From the NCBI GenBank assembly GCA_048265185.1, contig JBLXBZ010000010.1, positions 30,510 through 54,509 on the forward strand: a stretch of DNA of 24,000 nt. The letters run 5' to 3'. Of this stretch, positions 9,774-17,325 are shown piece after piece; positions within the stretch are counted from its first letter, which is position 1; the number at the start of each line of letters is the position of its first letter. The stretch comes from Stappiaceae bacterium. Lineage in GTDB: Bacteria; Pseudomonadota; Alphaproteobacteria; Rhizobiales; Stappiaceae. Under the pieces are notes generated by a model. The model saw only the letters and a list, made by a program, of their open reading frames with translations, searched no databases and was not told the DNA's origin. The position numbers and the translations under genes were made by a program.

Positions 9774-10094
9774 ATGAGTTGGTTATATCTTGGAATTGCC
9801 GTGATCTTCGAGATCGCGGTTGCGATCAGCGCTGGAAATGCAAAGGGTTTCACGCACCTAGGGTGGACTATCGTTACTCTCGTCAGTGGAGCGATCGGCA
9901 CCTTTTTTCTCAGTCTTGCGCTTCTGACCTTTGACGTTGGCGTGGGCTACGCCATCTGGACCTCGGTTGCGGGCGTCGGGATCGTCATCTTGAGCACGTT
10001 ATTCTTCGGGCAGCGGTTAAACTGGAGGAAGGGGCTTGGGATGGTTGTCGTTATCGGGGGCGTTGTCGGTCTGCGCCTTAGCGGCGCGGCGTAG
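9774..10094 (+). CDS. Small multidrug resistance (SMR/EmrE-type) transporter subunit 1
   Basis: 106-aa four-TM ORF with the essential TM1 glutamate (IAVIFEIAVA) and the SMR block VGVGYAIWTSVAGVG. Confidence 0.85.
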   Translation: MSWLYLGIAVIFEIAVAISAGNAKGFTHLGWTIVTLVSGAIGTFFLSLALLTFDVGVGYAIWTSVAGVGIVILSTLFFGQRLNWRKGLGMVVVIGGVVGLRLSGAA

Positions 10095-10190
10095 AGAAGT
10101 GCTGTTTTATACAACTCCCACTTGACCGGAAAGGAACATGATTTGACCACAACGGATGAAAAGCTTCCAAGAAACGGGCGCGCATGGAGC

Positions 10191-10520
10191 ATGTTGATGC
10201 TCGCAAGCGTTTTTGAAATCGGCTATGCGCTCAGCGTCGGAAGCAGTCAGGCGTTTACAGTTTTGACTTGGTCAGCGGCCGCTTTGGTGTTCTTCCTGCT
10301 TACGCTTTATTTCCTTAGCGCCGCCTTGCGCACCATCGACGTGGGGATAGGATATGCCGTATGGGCTGGCATTGGTTCTGTCGGCGCGGTTGTTTTCGGG
10401 AGCGTCTTGCTTGATCAGCCGCTTACGCTGGTTCAGGCTTTTTGGCTGGCGATCATAATCGCCGGCGTCGTCTGGTTGAAGCTTGCCGATAGCCCCAAGC
10501 TTCAAGGGAAAGTTTTATAA
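10191..10520 (+). CDS. SMR transporter subunit 2 (SugE/Gdx-like; paired SMR partner)
   Basis: Four-TM ORF with the TM1 glutamate (ASVFEIGYAL) and VGIGYAVWAGIGSVGAVVFG. The ATG at 10191 gives a typical 109 aa. The ORF-track TTG at 10122 would add a 23-aa hydrophilic extension. It lies 27-96 nt after subunit 1. Confidence 0.8.
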   Translation: MLMLASVFEIGYALSVGSSQAFTVLTWSAAALVFFLLTLYFLSAALRTIDVGIGYAVWAGIGSVGAVVFGSVLLDQPLTLVQAFWLAIIIAGVVWLKLADSPKLQGKVL

Positions 10521-10551
10521 ACCGGCGACATTTTTAGACATATAAAGCACA

Positions 10552-10583
10552 GCTCGCGGAGAAGGTTTGTCTTTTCCGTGAGC
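10552..10583 (+). terminator. Possible terminator hairpin after the SMR pair
   Basis: 13-bp stem GCTCGCGGAGAAG / CTTTTCCGTGAGC (two G-U pairs) with a 6-nt loop, 32 nt after the SMR stop. No clear U-tract follows, so this is weak. Confidence 0.3.
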
Positions 10584-10694
10584 CATTTAGCGGCGCCGGC
10601 GGCCCGTCTTTCGTTTGTTGCCGGCGATAAACTCCGCCTCAGGGGGGCGTCTATTCGGCGAGGTCAGTGTGTCTGTAAATTTTCTCTAGAGATT

Positions 10695-10718
10695 ATATCT
10701 GCATGGGCATACACATAT
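10695..10718. promoter_or_regulatory. Box C, the same palindromic motif upstream of marR-family gene (candidate autoregulatory operator)
   Basis: ATATCTGCATGGGCATACACATAT has dyad arms matching at 9 of 11 positions. It lies 46 nt upstream of the MarR start codon and aligns with box A as ATTAT..CTGCATGkGCATrCAmATAT. Confidence 0.5.
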
Positions 10719-10763
10719 GGATGAAATAGCGCCGCCGATTGCTCAAAGGAGTTCGCGTTCATC

Positions 10764-11174
10764 ATGCCAAAGATAAGCGATTCATGGTTTGGGTTGGTTC
10801 ACTTGGTGGGGAACGTCGAATCGGAGCTGGGAAAGGTTCTGCAAGAGCGGCACGGTCTTGGTTTGTCGGAGTATCGTGCGCTTCAAATATTATCGCGATC
10901 ACGGAATAACGAACTTCGAATGCAAGAGTTGGCCGCGCATCTATCTTTGAACCAGAGCTCAGTTTCGCGAATGGTCGAGCGTTTGGAGCGTAGTGGCCTT
11001 ACCGTTCGCGATACTTGCCCTAATGACAAGAGGGGAGTTTACACAGTTCTTACAGATCAGGGGAAGGCGCGTCTCGAAAGCGCTGAGGACGACTATCAGA
11101 CAGCCTTGTCCGCAGCTCTTAAGGATCGCGGTTGCGAGGACTTGTTGTCGGCAAATTTTATCAAGACATGCTAG
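10764..11174 (+). CDS. MarR-family transcriptional regulator
   Basis: 136-aa ORF with a typical MarR wHTH (LSEYRALQILSRS...LRMQELAAHLSLNQSSVSRMVERLERSGLTVR...DKRGVYTVLTDQGKARLE). Confidence 0.9.
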   Translation: MPKISDSWFGLVHLVGNVESELGKVLQERHGLGLSEYRALQILSRSRNNELRMQELAAHLSLNQSSVSRMVERLERSGLTVRDTCPNDKRGVYTVLTDQGKARLESAEDDYQTALSAALKDRGCEDLLSANFIKTC

Positions 11175-11251
11175 GAGCGGCGTTTATATTGTGATTGTAG
11201 CGCATTCGTGGATGTCGTGCGACTATATAGTCGCCGTTTTGAGGATGGCGT

Positions 11252-11572
11252 TCATAAGGAACCATCATAGTCGGGACTCAGCAGATTGGCGTGCCGCTGC
11301 TTGATCGTCCGTTTCTTCTTGCGAGCCTTGCTCGGCGCCTCCCGCAGTCAGGCTGACAGCTTGTCGGCAAAGGCATGGAGTTTTCTGGGACGTTCGGGAA
11401 GCTTGAATGTGGGGGCAACTGTATCGGCACGCAGATACTTGTGCACTCTATGCTGGGGCAATCCGGTGCGATGGGAGATCTCCCGGCTCGAAAACCGATC
11501 ACGAAAACGCCAACGCCTGATAACGCTCTACAACGCTATGTCTATCACGGCTTCATCCCCTGCGGGAATCAT
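11252..11572 (-). pseudogene. IS21-family transposase (istA) 5' fragment, truncated and carrying two in-frame nonsense codons
   Basis: One minus-strand frame reads MIPAGDEAVIDIAL*SVIRRWRFRDRFSSREISHRTGLPQHRVHKYLRADTVAPTFKLPERPRKLHAFADKLSA*LREAPSKARKKKRTIKQRHANLLSPDYDGSL. This resembles the IstA N-terminal HTH and the following RP.KLD.F...L..WL....RK.RRT block. The stops are a TAG at 11528-11530 and a TGA at 11348-11350, the latter where W is expected. Only about 105 of roughly 500 codons are present. Confidence 0.7.
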
Positions 11573-11921
11573 GTAGGGGGCATGGGGAAATTCTCGGTGA
11601 AAACTAAGAAACCGGCATAAGTAGGCGATCCTCCCTGCATAAGGTTGTATTTTTGTCAAGCACAATTTCAGTAAAGCCACTGCAAATGGTTGCCGCCCGC
11701 CTGCAATAAGCATATCATGCATACACATTTCTTCTTTGCGTGTTTGTGTCTGATATTCAAATATGACCAACTAATTCAAAGAGTTAATGTTTATTTAGGT
11801 TGTAGTTTTCATGGTGAATATTTTGAATCAGCCTCAAAAAATCTAGATCATTCCACTCCAGTGACGCTCCAGCTTGGAGTGCTATGATCTACTGAATTCT
11901 GTATAATCCCCCCAAAAAAAT

Positions 11922-14900
11922 GTGATGAGTGCCGTGCCAAAAATTGTCCGACGTAGTCCCATTTTTTTTCCGCCTATAATTAATCGGCTCGGATTGTGGC
12001 TAGTGTCAGCACTTCTCGTCATCACCGTGTCGGTGGTGTCCATCGCTGTTTTTAGCGTCGACAAGCTTTATTCCGATCAGAGGTTGCGCGGCGCTGAGCG
12101 ACTGTCGGAAGGCGCCGCCATTATCTCCAATCGCATCGATCCGGTGGTCTCAGACTTGCGTTTCATCGCGCGCAGCAACTCCATGATGCATGCTGCTAGC
12201 TCGAAAAGCACATTTACTATCAATAGATTAGAGGCAGATTGGCTCAACCTTGCTGAAGTGAAAGGCGCTTACGACCAAATTCGCTGGATTGACGAAAACG
12301 GCATGGAGCGTGTCAGGGTCAATTTTAGAAATGGAGAAGCGGAGATTGTCGCGCAGGATCAACTGCAAAGCAAAGTTGACCGTTATTACTTCCAGAAGAC
12401 AATTACGTTGCAGCAGGGTGAAATCTATGTTTCGCCGCTTGATCTCAATGTGGAAAATGGGGTCATCGAAGAGCCGGCCGTCCCGGTAATTCGCATTTCT
12501 ACGCCTGTTTATAACCGCTCTGGCGCGAGCCGGGGCATCGTTGTCGTCAATTATCTTGCTGGACCATTGCTTGAGCAATTGCGCGCCATTGATCCGGGTA
12601 ATCTTTGGCTTTTGAATGACTTGGGATACTGGTTTTTAAGCCGCGCTCCGGACGCTGAATGGGGGTTTATGTATGGCGATCAAAGCGCGCGACTAGCTGT
12701 CACCGCGCCGGACATCTGGGACGCGGTCACCAAGAGTGAAGCGGGGGAGCTGCGCAATGAAGATGGTTTCTGGCTGTACCGCTGGCTTAAACCCTTCTCT
12801 CTATCTTCCGAACTATATGGTTTGGACGTTAATGGCGCTGATGTCGTGTCACCTCAGTCGGAAAAAATGGCTGATTATCGTTGGCTTTTGGTTATGCAAA
12901 CGCCGAATGACGTTTTGGCGGCGAAAATACGCGAAGTCTGGTTGATCGCTTTCTCGAGTCTCGCGCTTTCATTCGCCGTCATTCTTGTTAGTGGTTGGCG
13001 CATTGCGCGTGCGAACTGGCGGGAAAAAGAAGCTCTCGACAATTTGAAAATCAGCCATGCGTTGCTGGAGGAGAAATCCGAACAGCTGACGGCGGAAGTG
13101 CTGCGCCGCAGCAAGGCGGAGATCAAACTTCGCGGCGCAGTTGAGCTCTACAAGGCTGTGTTGAGAAATTCGGTCGATAGCTTTTTGCTCCTAGACCGTA
13201 ATGGCGAGATCAGGGAAGCCAATGATGCGTTTTGCCAATTGGTGGGGTGCAGCATGGAACAGGTGCTGGGGCGTAATATCAAGGAATTTGGCTTTGATGA
13301 AATCAGCCAGGATCTATCGGGGATGTTCGCCAGCATTGATATTGACCGGCGCGATAGGATTGAAGCCGGGGTGCGCATCAAGGGCGGAGAAGAACTCATC
13401 ATTGAGATGAACCTTGTTTATCTTTATCAGACAGACAATGTCTTTGCTTTCATGCGCAATGTGACGGAACACAAAATCCATATGGGCGAGCTGGAGCGTT
13501 CCGCTTATTATGATGTTCTGACTGGCCTCCCGAACCGCTCCTTGTTGACCGAGCGGATGGCGCAGGCAATATCGTCAACCTCAGGCGAAAGTGGGCTGGT
13601 CGCCATTCTGTTTATCGATCTGGACGGGTTCAAGCAGGTCAATGACGTGCATGGCCACGCCGTTGGTGATGAGGTTCTGATCACGCTGGCCAAAAGGTTT
13701 TTGCGCTGCGTGCGTCCGGTGGATACAGTGGGGCGTTTGGGGGGAGATGAATTTGTCGTCCTTTTGGCGAGTGTCCAGAATGAAGATGCCTGTCTCGCCA
13801 TTGTGGAAGAGCTTTTAGCACAGGCGGCGAAGCCGGTGTCTTCCGGCGGCGGCGAGCACAGCGTCACCGCAAGCATCGGCGTGGCCTATTTCCGGCCCGG
13901 TGACGTGGCCGATCCTGACCTTTTGCTCAGGCGCGCCGATCATGCCATGTATTCCGCCAAAAGCAGGGGGCGGAACTGCTATTATCTGGCGGAAGATGCT
14001 TTTGATGATGACCGGGATGCGGCGCAGCAACGGATCAAGGATTTGCGCCATGCGCTTGAAAACGACGAGTTCGAGCTTCATTATCAGCCTAAGGTGAACG
14101 CCGTCACGGGGCAAACCGTTGGCGCAGAGGCGCTTATCCGCTGGCGCCATCCTGAAAAGGGCTTGCTTTATCCCGCCGCCTTTTTGCCGATGATCGAAGG
14201 CCATCCGATTTATTTTGAAATCGCGTCATGGGTCATGCGTTCCGCCATTAGTCAAATTTCTGAGTGGAACAAGCGCGGCAAGACTGTTTGTGTTAGTATT
14301 AATGTATCCGTCAATGAACTCATGGATCCAGACTTCGCCGATAGACTTCGCTGCGCTCTGGGGGATTTTCCAGAGGTGCGACCGGAGCAAATGGAGCTTG
14401 AGGTGATTGAAACCAACGAGCTTGGCAGTAATGATCTGGCTAAGATCAATATCGCCGCTTGCAAGGCCATTGGCGTTTCGATCTCCATTGATGATTTCGG
14501 AACGGGATATTCTTCACTGTCGCAGCTTAGAAATCTTTCGATCGACACGATCAAGATTGATCGTAATTTTGTTGTAAACGCCACCGAAGCCCCAGATGAT
14601 CTGGCGATTCTGATCGCGATTAACTCGCTTGCTCGCGCCTTGGACAATGAAGCGGTGGCTGAAGGCGTGGAAACGGAAGAGCAGGGGAGGTTGCTGTTGC
14701 TTCTGGGCTGCCGTGTGATGCAAGGCTATTTCTTCGCTCGCCCGATGCCGGCGGCGGATTTTTTCAATTGGCCCGGCTTTCAAAAGCGCCCGGAAAGTTG
14801 GGAGGGGGTAAAACGCATCAGATCTCATAATCACGCCTTTTTAACAGCCATTGTTTTTCACAAAGCGTGGCGTGCGCGCCTTCTGGCTATGTTGAACGGC

Positions 14901-15206
14901 GCTGTGAGCGCCTCCAGCGACCCAGTTGATTGGCGCGCCTGCCAGTTTGGTCGCTGGTTGGCGTCTGAAGATTATGCCCGTTTTGCGCAATTGCCGGAAA
15001 TGAAGGAGATCGTTAAATTACACGATGATCTCCATGAAGTGGCTGACAAGGCGTGCGAAGCTCATAAGTTAGGAGAATTGGGGGAAGTTGAGCTTCAGAA
15101 AGAACGTCTTGGCGAGCTTAGCTCAGCTCTGGAGACGCTGGGCTATACTGTATTGCGTAATGCTGATGACATGAACCTGCCCGGAGAAAGTGGAGGGATT
15201 TTCTGA
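11922..15206 (+). CDS. Membrane-bound sensor diguanylate cyclase/phosphodiesterase: TM, periplasmic Cache-like domain, TM, coiled coil, PAS, GGDEF, EAL, C-terminal CZB zinc-binding domain
   Basis: 1094-aa ORF. Two TM segments (about aa 22-45 and 337-358) flank a roughly 290-aa extracytoplasmic domain. The GGDEF motif is intact at 13740-13754 with an RxxD I-site (RPVD) exactly 5 residues upstream. The EAL domain has EALIRW (E at 14127), DDFGTGYSS, KIDRNF, EGVETEEQ and QGYFFARP. The C-terminal segment matches the CZB pattern H-x2-W-x23-C-x-F-G-x-W-x21-H-x3-H (His at 14859). The start could be GTG 11922 or ATG 11925. Confidence 0.92.
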   Translation: MMSAVPKIVRRSPIFFPPIINRLGLWLVSALLVITVSVVSIAVFSVDKLYSDQRLRGAERLSEGAAIISNRIDPVVSDLRFIARSNSMMHAASSKSTFTINRLEADWLNLAEVKGAYDQIRWIDENGMERVRVNFRNGEAEIVAQDQLQSKVDRYYFQKTITLQQGEIYVSPLDLNVENGVIEEPAVPVIRISTPVYNRSGASRGIVVVNYLAGPLLEQLRAIDPGNLWLLNDLGYWFLSRAPDAEWGFMYGDQSARLAVTAPDIWDAVTKSEAGELRNEDGFWLYRWLKPFSLSSELYGLDVNGADVVSPQSEKMADYRWLLVMQTPNDVLAAKIREVWLIAFSSLALSFAVILVSGWRIARANWREKEALDNLKISHALLEEKSEQLTAEVLRRSKAEIKLRGAVELYKAVLRNSVDSFLLLDRNGEIREANDAFCQLVGCSMEQVLGRNIKEFGFDEISQDLSGMFASIDIDRRDRIEAGVRIKGGEELIIEMNLVYLYQTDNVFAFMRNVTEHKIHMGELERSAYYDVLTGLPNRSLLTERMAQAISSTSGESGLVAILFIDLDGFKQVNDVHGHAVGDEVLITLAKRFLRCVRPVDTVGRLGGDEFVVLLASVQNEDACLAIVEELLAQAAKPVSSGGGEHSVTASIGVAYFRPGDVADPDLLLRRADHAMYSAKSRGRNCYYLAEDAFDDDRDAAQQRIKDLRHALENDEFELHYQPKVNAVTGQTVGAEALIRWRHPEKGLLYPAAFLPMIEGHPIYFEIASWVMRSAISQISEWNKRGKTVCVSINVSVNELMDPDFADRLRCALGDFPEVRPEQMELEVIETNELGSNDLAKINIAACKAIGVSISIDDFGTGYSSLSQLRNLSIDTIKIDRNFVVNATEAPDDLAILIAINSLARALDNEAVAEGVETEEQGRLLLLLGCRVMQGYFFARPMPAADFFNWPGFQKRPESWEGVKRIRSHNHAFLTAIVFHKAWRARLLAMLNGAVSASSDPVDWRACQFGRWLASEDYARFAQLPEMKEIVKLHDDLHEVADKACEAHKLGELGEVELQKERLGELSSALETLGYTVLRNADDMNLPGESGGIF

Positions 15207-15233
15207 TAGCGCTGAACGTGACGGTATGCCTCT

Positions 15234-15470
15234 ATGAACAAACGCGCGAGGCGGGCATTCACTGAAGAGTTTAAGCAGGAAGCCGTTGGCTGACAGAAAC
15301 CAGCGGGCGCGATCGCCTAGATTGCCGTTGATTTGGAACTTGGGCTTTCGACGTTGACCCGCTGGAAGCGGCGATGTCGGGAACTCGACCTGCTGGCGGT
15401 CATCACGAGGATACGTTCAAGGAACTCCCACGGCTTCGCAAGGAGAATGAGCAACAAACCCAGCCTGACG
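15234..15470 (+). pseudogene. IS3-family orfA (transposase HTH) remnant with nonsense codons and a frameshift
   Basis: It reads MNKRARRAFTEEFKQEAVG*QKPAGAIA*IAVDLELGLSTLTRWKRR in one frame, with a TGA at 15291 and a TAG at 15318. ELPRLRKENEQ then follows in a shifted frame. This matches the IS3 OrfA pattern (K.RR.FT.EFK.EAV ... LGIS.STL.RW ... LRKEN). No orfB follows. Confidence 0.65.
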
Positions 15471-15586
15471 CTCTTTCACTATCCCAATGATCTGCTCTTC
15501 GCTGAAACGGTTTCTCTTCATCGTCTGTCTCCTCAGTTGGAGAACTGGCTAACTCAAAACGTCGGACTTTTCAGGGGAGCAGGTCA
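15417..15586 (-). mobile_element. Left end of a second IS3-family (IS407-like) element: terminal inverted repeat plus the first roughly 34 codons of orfA
   Basis: The minus strand reads TGACCTGCTCCCCTGAAAAGTCCGACG..., with the outer end at 15586. This is the typical IS3-family TGAC... terminus. GAGGAG and an ATG at 15521 follow, encoding MKRNRFSEEQIIGIVKERQAG.... The ORF is truncated after about 34 codons where it abuts the opposite-strand IS3 remnant. Confidence 0.6.
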
Positions 15587-16032
15587 CGGCTCATAAGTTC
15601 CCCGCAAACGAGATTTTGAAAACGCGACTTCAACCCGCCCAGCCAAGAGCCTGCTAAGACGTCGAGCCTTGATAGAGGGAATCGGCCCGAGTAAAATTCG
15701 GATGGGTGTTTTGCCATAAATGCTTTCAAGATCACAGGAAATCCGGATCTGGAAGCGAAAGCCACTGGGGGCGCCACATTGACGAGTTTCCGGATGCGAA
15801 TGTGAGTGCAAACCCGCCCGAAAAGATCTGGTATCCAATAAAATAATCTATGGAAATGGGAAGTGGCAGACAGAGAGCCCGCCATAACGTTTTGCGATCT
15901 ATCGCAACCCATCGTAAAATCCTTATATATCATGGATATTTATAAAACTTCCATCGCGATATATTGCAACACGTCGCAGCTAAGCGCATTATCTTTGGTG
16001 GGTAAGTTGGCGGGTAAAATAGTTAGGTTCCC

Positions 16033-17325
16033 ATGCCAAAAATTGCAAAAGAGCTTTCTGCGCTTGAAGTGAAGAATTTGCGTCATCCCGGCGTAGGACG
16101 CAATGTCTGTTTTCCGGTGGGAGGAGTAGCAGGTCTGTATTTACAGATAACGCCCAGCGCGGGGCGTTCTTGGCTGTTGCGCACAACCATTGCCAACAAG
16201 CGGCGCGAAATTGGTCTCGGTGGTTATCCTGATATAACTCTAAGCCAAGCCCGTGAGCGCGCACGCGAGACGAAGGCGCAAGTGCTTGCTGGGATCGATC
16301 CTGTCGCCCAGCGCAAGGCCTTCAAAGCGGCGCTTGTGGCCGATCAACGACGCGGAATGCTCTTTAGCGAAGCGGTGGATCATTATCTGGCCGCTAAGCT
16401 CGACGCCTTCAAAAATGATAAACACCGAGCGCAATGGCGAAGCACGCTGGAAACTTACGCCACGCCAGAGCTGGGTAAGATGCTCGTGCAGGATATCAAC
16501 GTGCAAGACGTGCTGCGCGTTCTCGAACCGATCTGGCACAGCAAAACTGAAACCGCATCACGCCTGCGCGGGCGCATTGAGTCAGTCCTATCGTGGGCCA
16601 CGGTTGCTGGCCATCGGTGAGGGGATAATCCGGCGCGCTGGGCGGGCAATCTCAAAGAGCTCCTGCCCGCGCCCGCCAAGCTCAAGGGCGACGCGAACCA
16701 ACCCGCCTTGCAGATTGACGATGCGCCGCTTTGGTTAGAGGATTTACGCAAGCGTGGGGGCTTTAGCAATAGAGCTCTGGAATTTGCAGCGTTGACCGCA
16801 TCCCGCTCGCAAGAAGTGCGCGGCGCACGTTGGGATGAGATTGATCTGGATAATGCGTTGTGGACCATCCCAAGCAGCCGCATGAAGATGAACCGCGAAC
16901 ATCGTGTGCCGCTATCAGGCGATGTAATGACGCTATTGCGTGCATTGCCACGGCTAGAAGGTAGCTCTCTGGTGTTTCCGGCGGCTCGAGGTGGGCAATT
17001 GTCAGACATGGCCCTCAGCGCCGCCATGAAGCGCCTGCACGCCGCCAAGAAAGCCCAAGATGGGGCGGGATATATAGATCGCATAAGCAAACGCCCGGCA
17101 GTGCCGCATGGCCTGCGATCAACCTTTCGCGATTGGATCGCAGAACGAACGCACTTTCCCGGCGATATGGCGGAGGTTGCCTTGGCGCATAAAGTCGGGA
17201 ATGCTGTTGAAGCGGCCTATCGGCGTGGCGACATGGTGGAAAAACGGCGTTTGATGATGAACTCTTGGGCGGATTACCTGACTGGCAAAACGCAGGCTGG
17301 GGCTAATGTGGTGAGAATCGGATGA
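16033..17325 (+). pseudogene. P4-type tyrosine recombinase/integrase (DUF4102 N-terminal arm-binding domain) interrupted by one in-frame TGA
   Basis: ORFs 16033-16620 and 16708-17325 are in the same frame and are separated only by the TGA at 16618-16620 (...WATVAGHR*GDNPARWAGNLKELLP...). The N-terminus LSALEVKNL...GLYLQITPSGRSWLLR...REIGLGGYPDITLSQARE is the P4-integrase DUF4102 signature. The catalytic R (LTASRSQEV), H-x-x-R (HGLRSTFRDW) and Y (AYRRGD) are all present downstream of the stop. Confidence 0.85.

Noticed and set aside
11573-11700. Terminal inverted repeat of the IS21 fragment upstream of the istA start
   Set aside because: An IS end should lie roughly 80-130 bp beyond the ATG at 11572, but I could not identify a convincing TG-initiated IS21-type repeat by eye. 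The outer boundary is therefore left undefined.
11902-11921. TATAAT hexamer followed by a C6A7 homopolymer run immediately before the GGDEF-EAL start, as a phase-variation switch
   Set aside because: Tracts of 6-7 nt are short for slipped-strand phase variation. No convincing -35 element sits at 17-bp spacing. The hexamer lies only about 15 nt from the start codon, so its promoter role is uncertain.
15207-15233. IS3 insertion having replaced the native 3' end of the GGDEF-EAL gene (TGAACGTGAC at 15213 as a possible IS terminus)
   Set aside because: The CZB domain and a roughly 55-aa tail are complete before the stop, and the putative terminal repeat is only a 2-3 nt TGA match. The evidence is insufficient.
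15571-15933. 120-aa minus-strand ORF (and the overlapping 84-aa ORF at 15584-15838) as real genes
   Set aside because: The translations are Cys/Trp/Arg/Phe-rich with no recognisable motif. There is no RBS, and both ORFs run into the IS terminal repeat. They are most likely chance ORFs in non-coding DNA.
15587-16032. tRNA or tmRNA gene expected upstream of a P4-type integrase
   Set aside because: No GTTCRANYC T-loop, acceptor or CCA-like end appears on either strand, and there is no tmRNA tag-coding stretch. A short GCGAATGT similarity to E. coli ssrA is too small to mean anything.
16618-16620. TGA in the integrase as a selenocysteine codon
   Set aside because: No SECIS-like stem-loop follows the codon, tyrosine recombinases are not known selenoproteins, and the aligned position is not a catalytic Cys. 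A nonsense mutation or sequencing error is more parsimonious.
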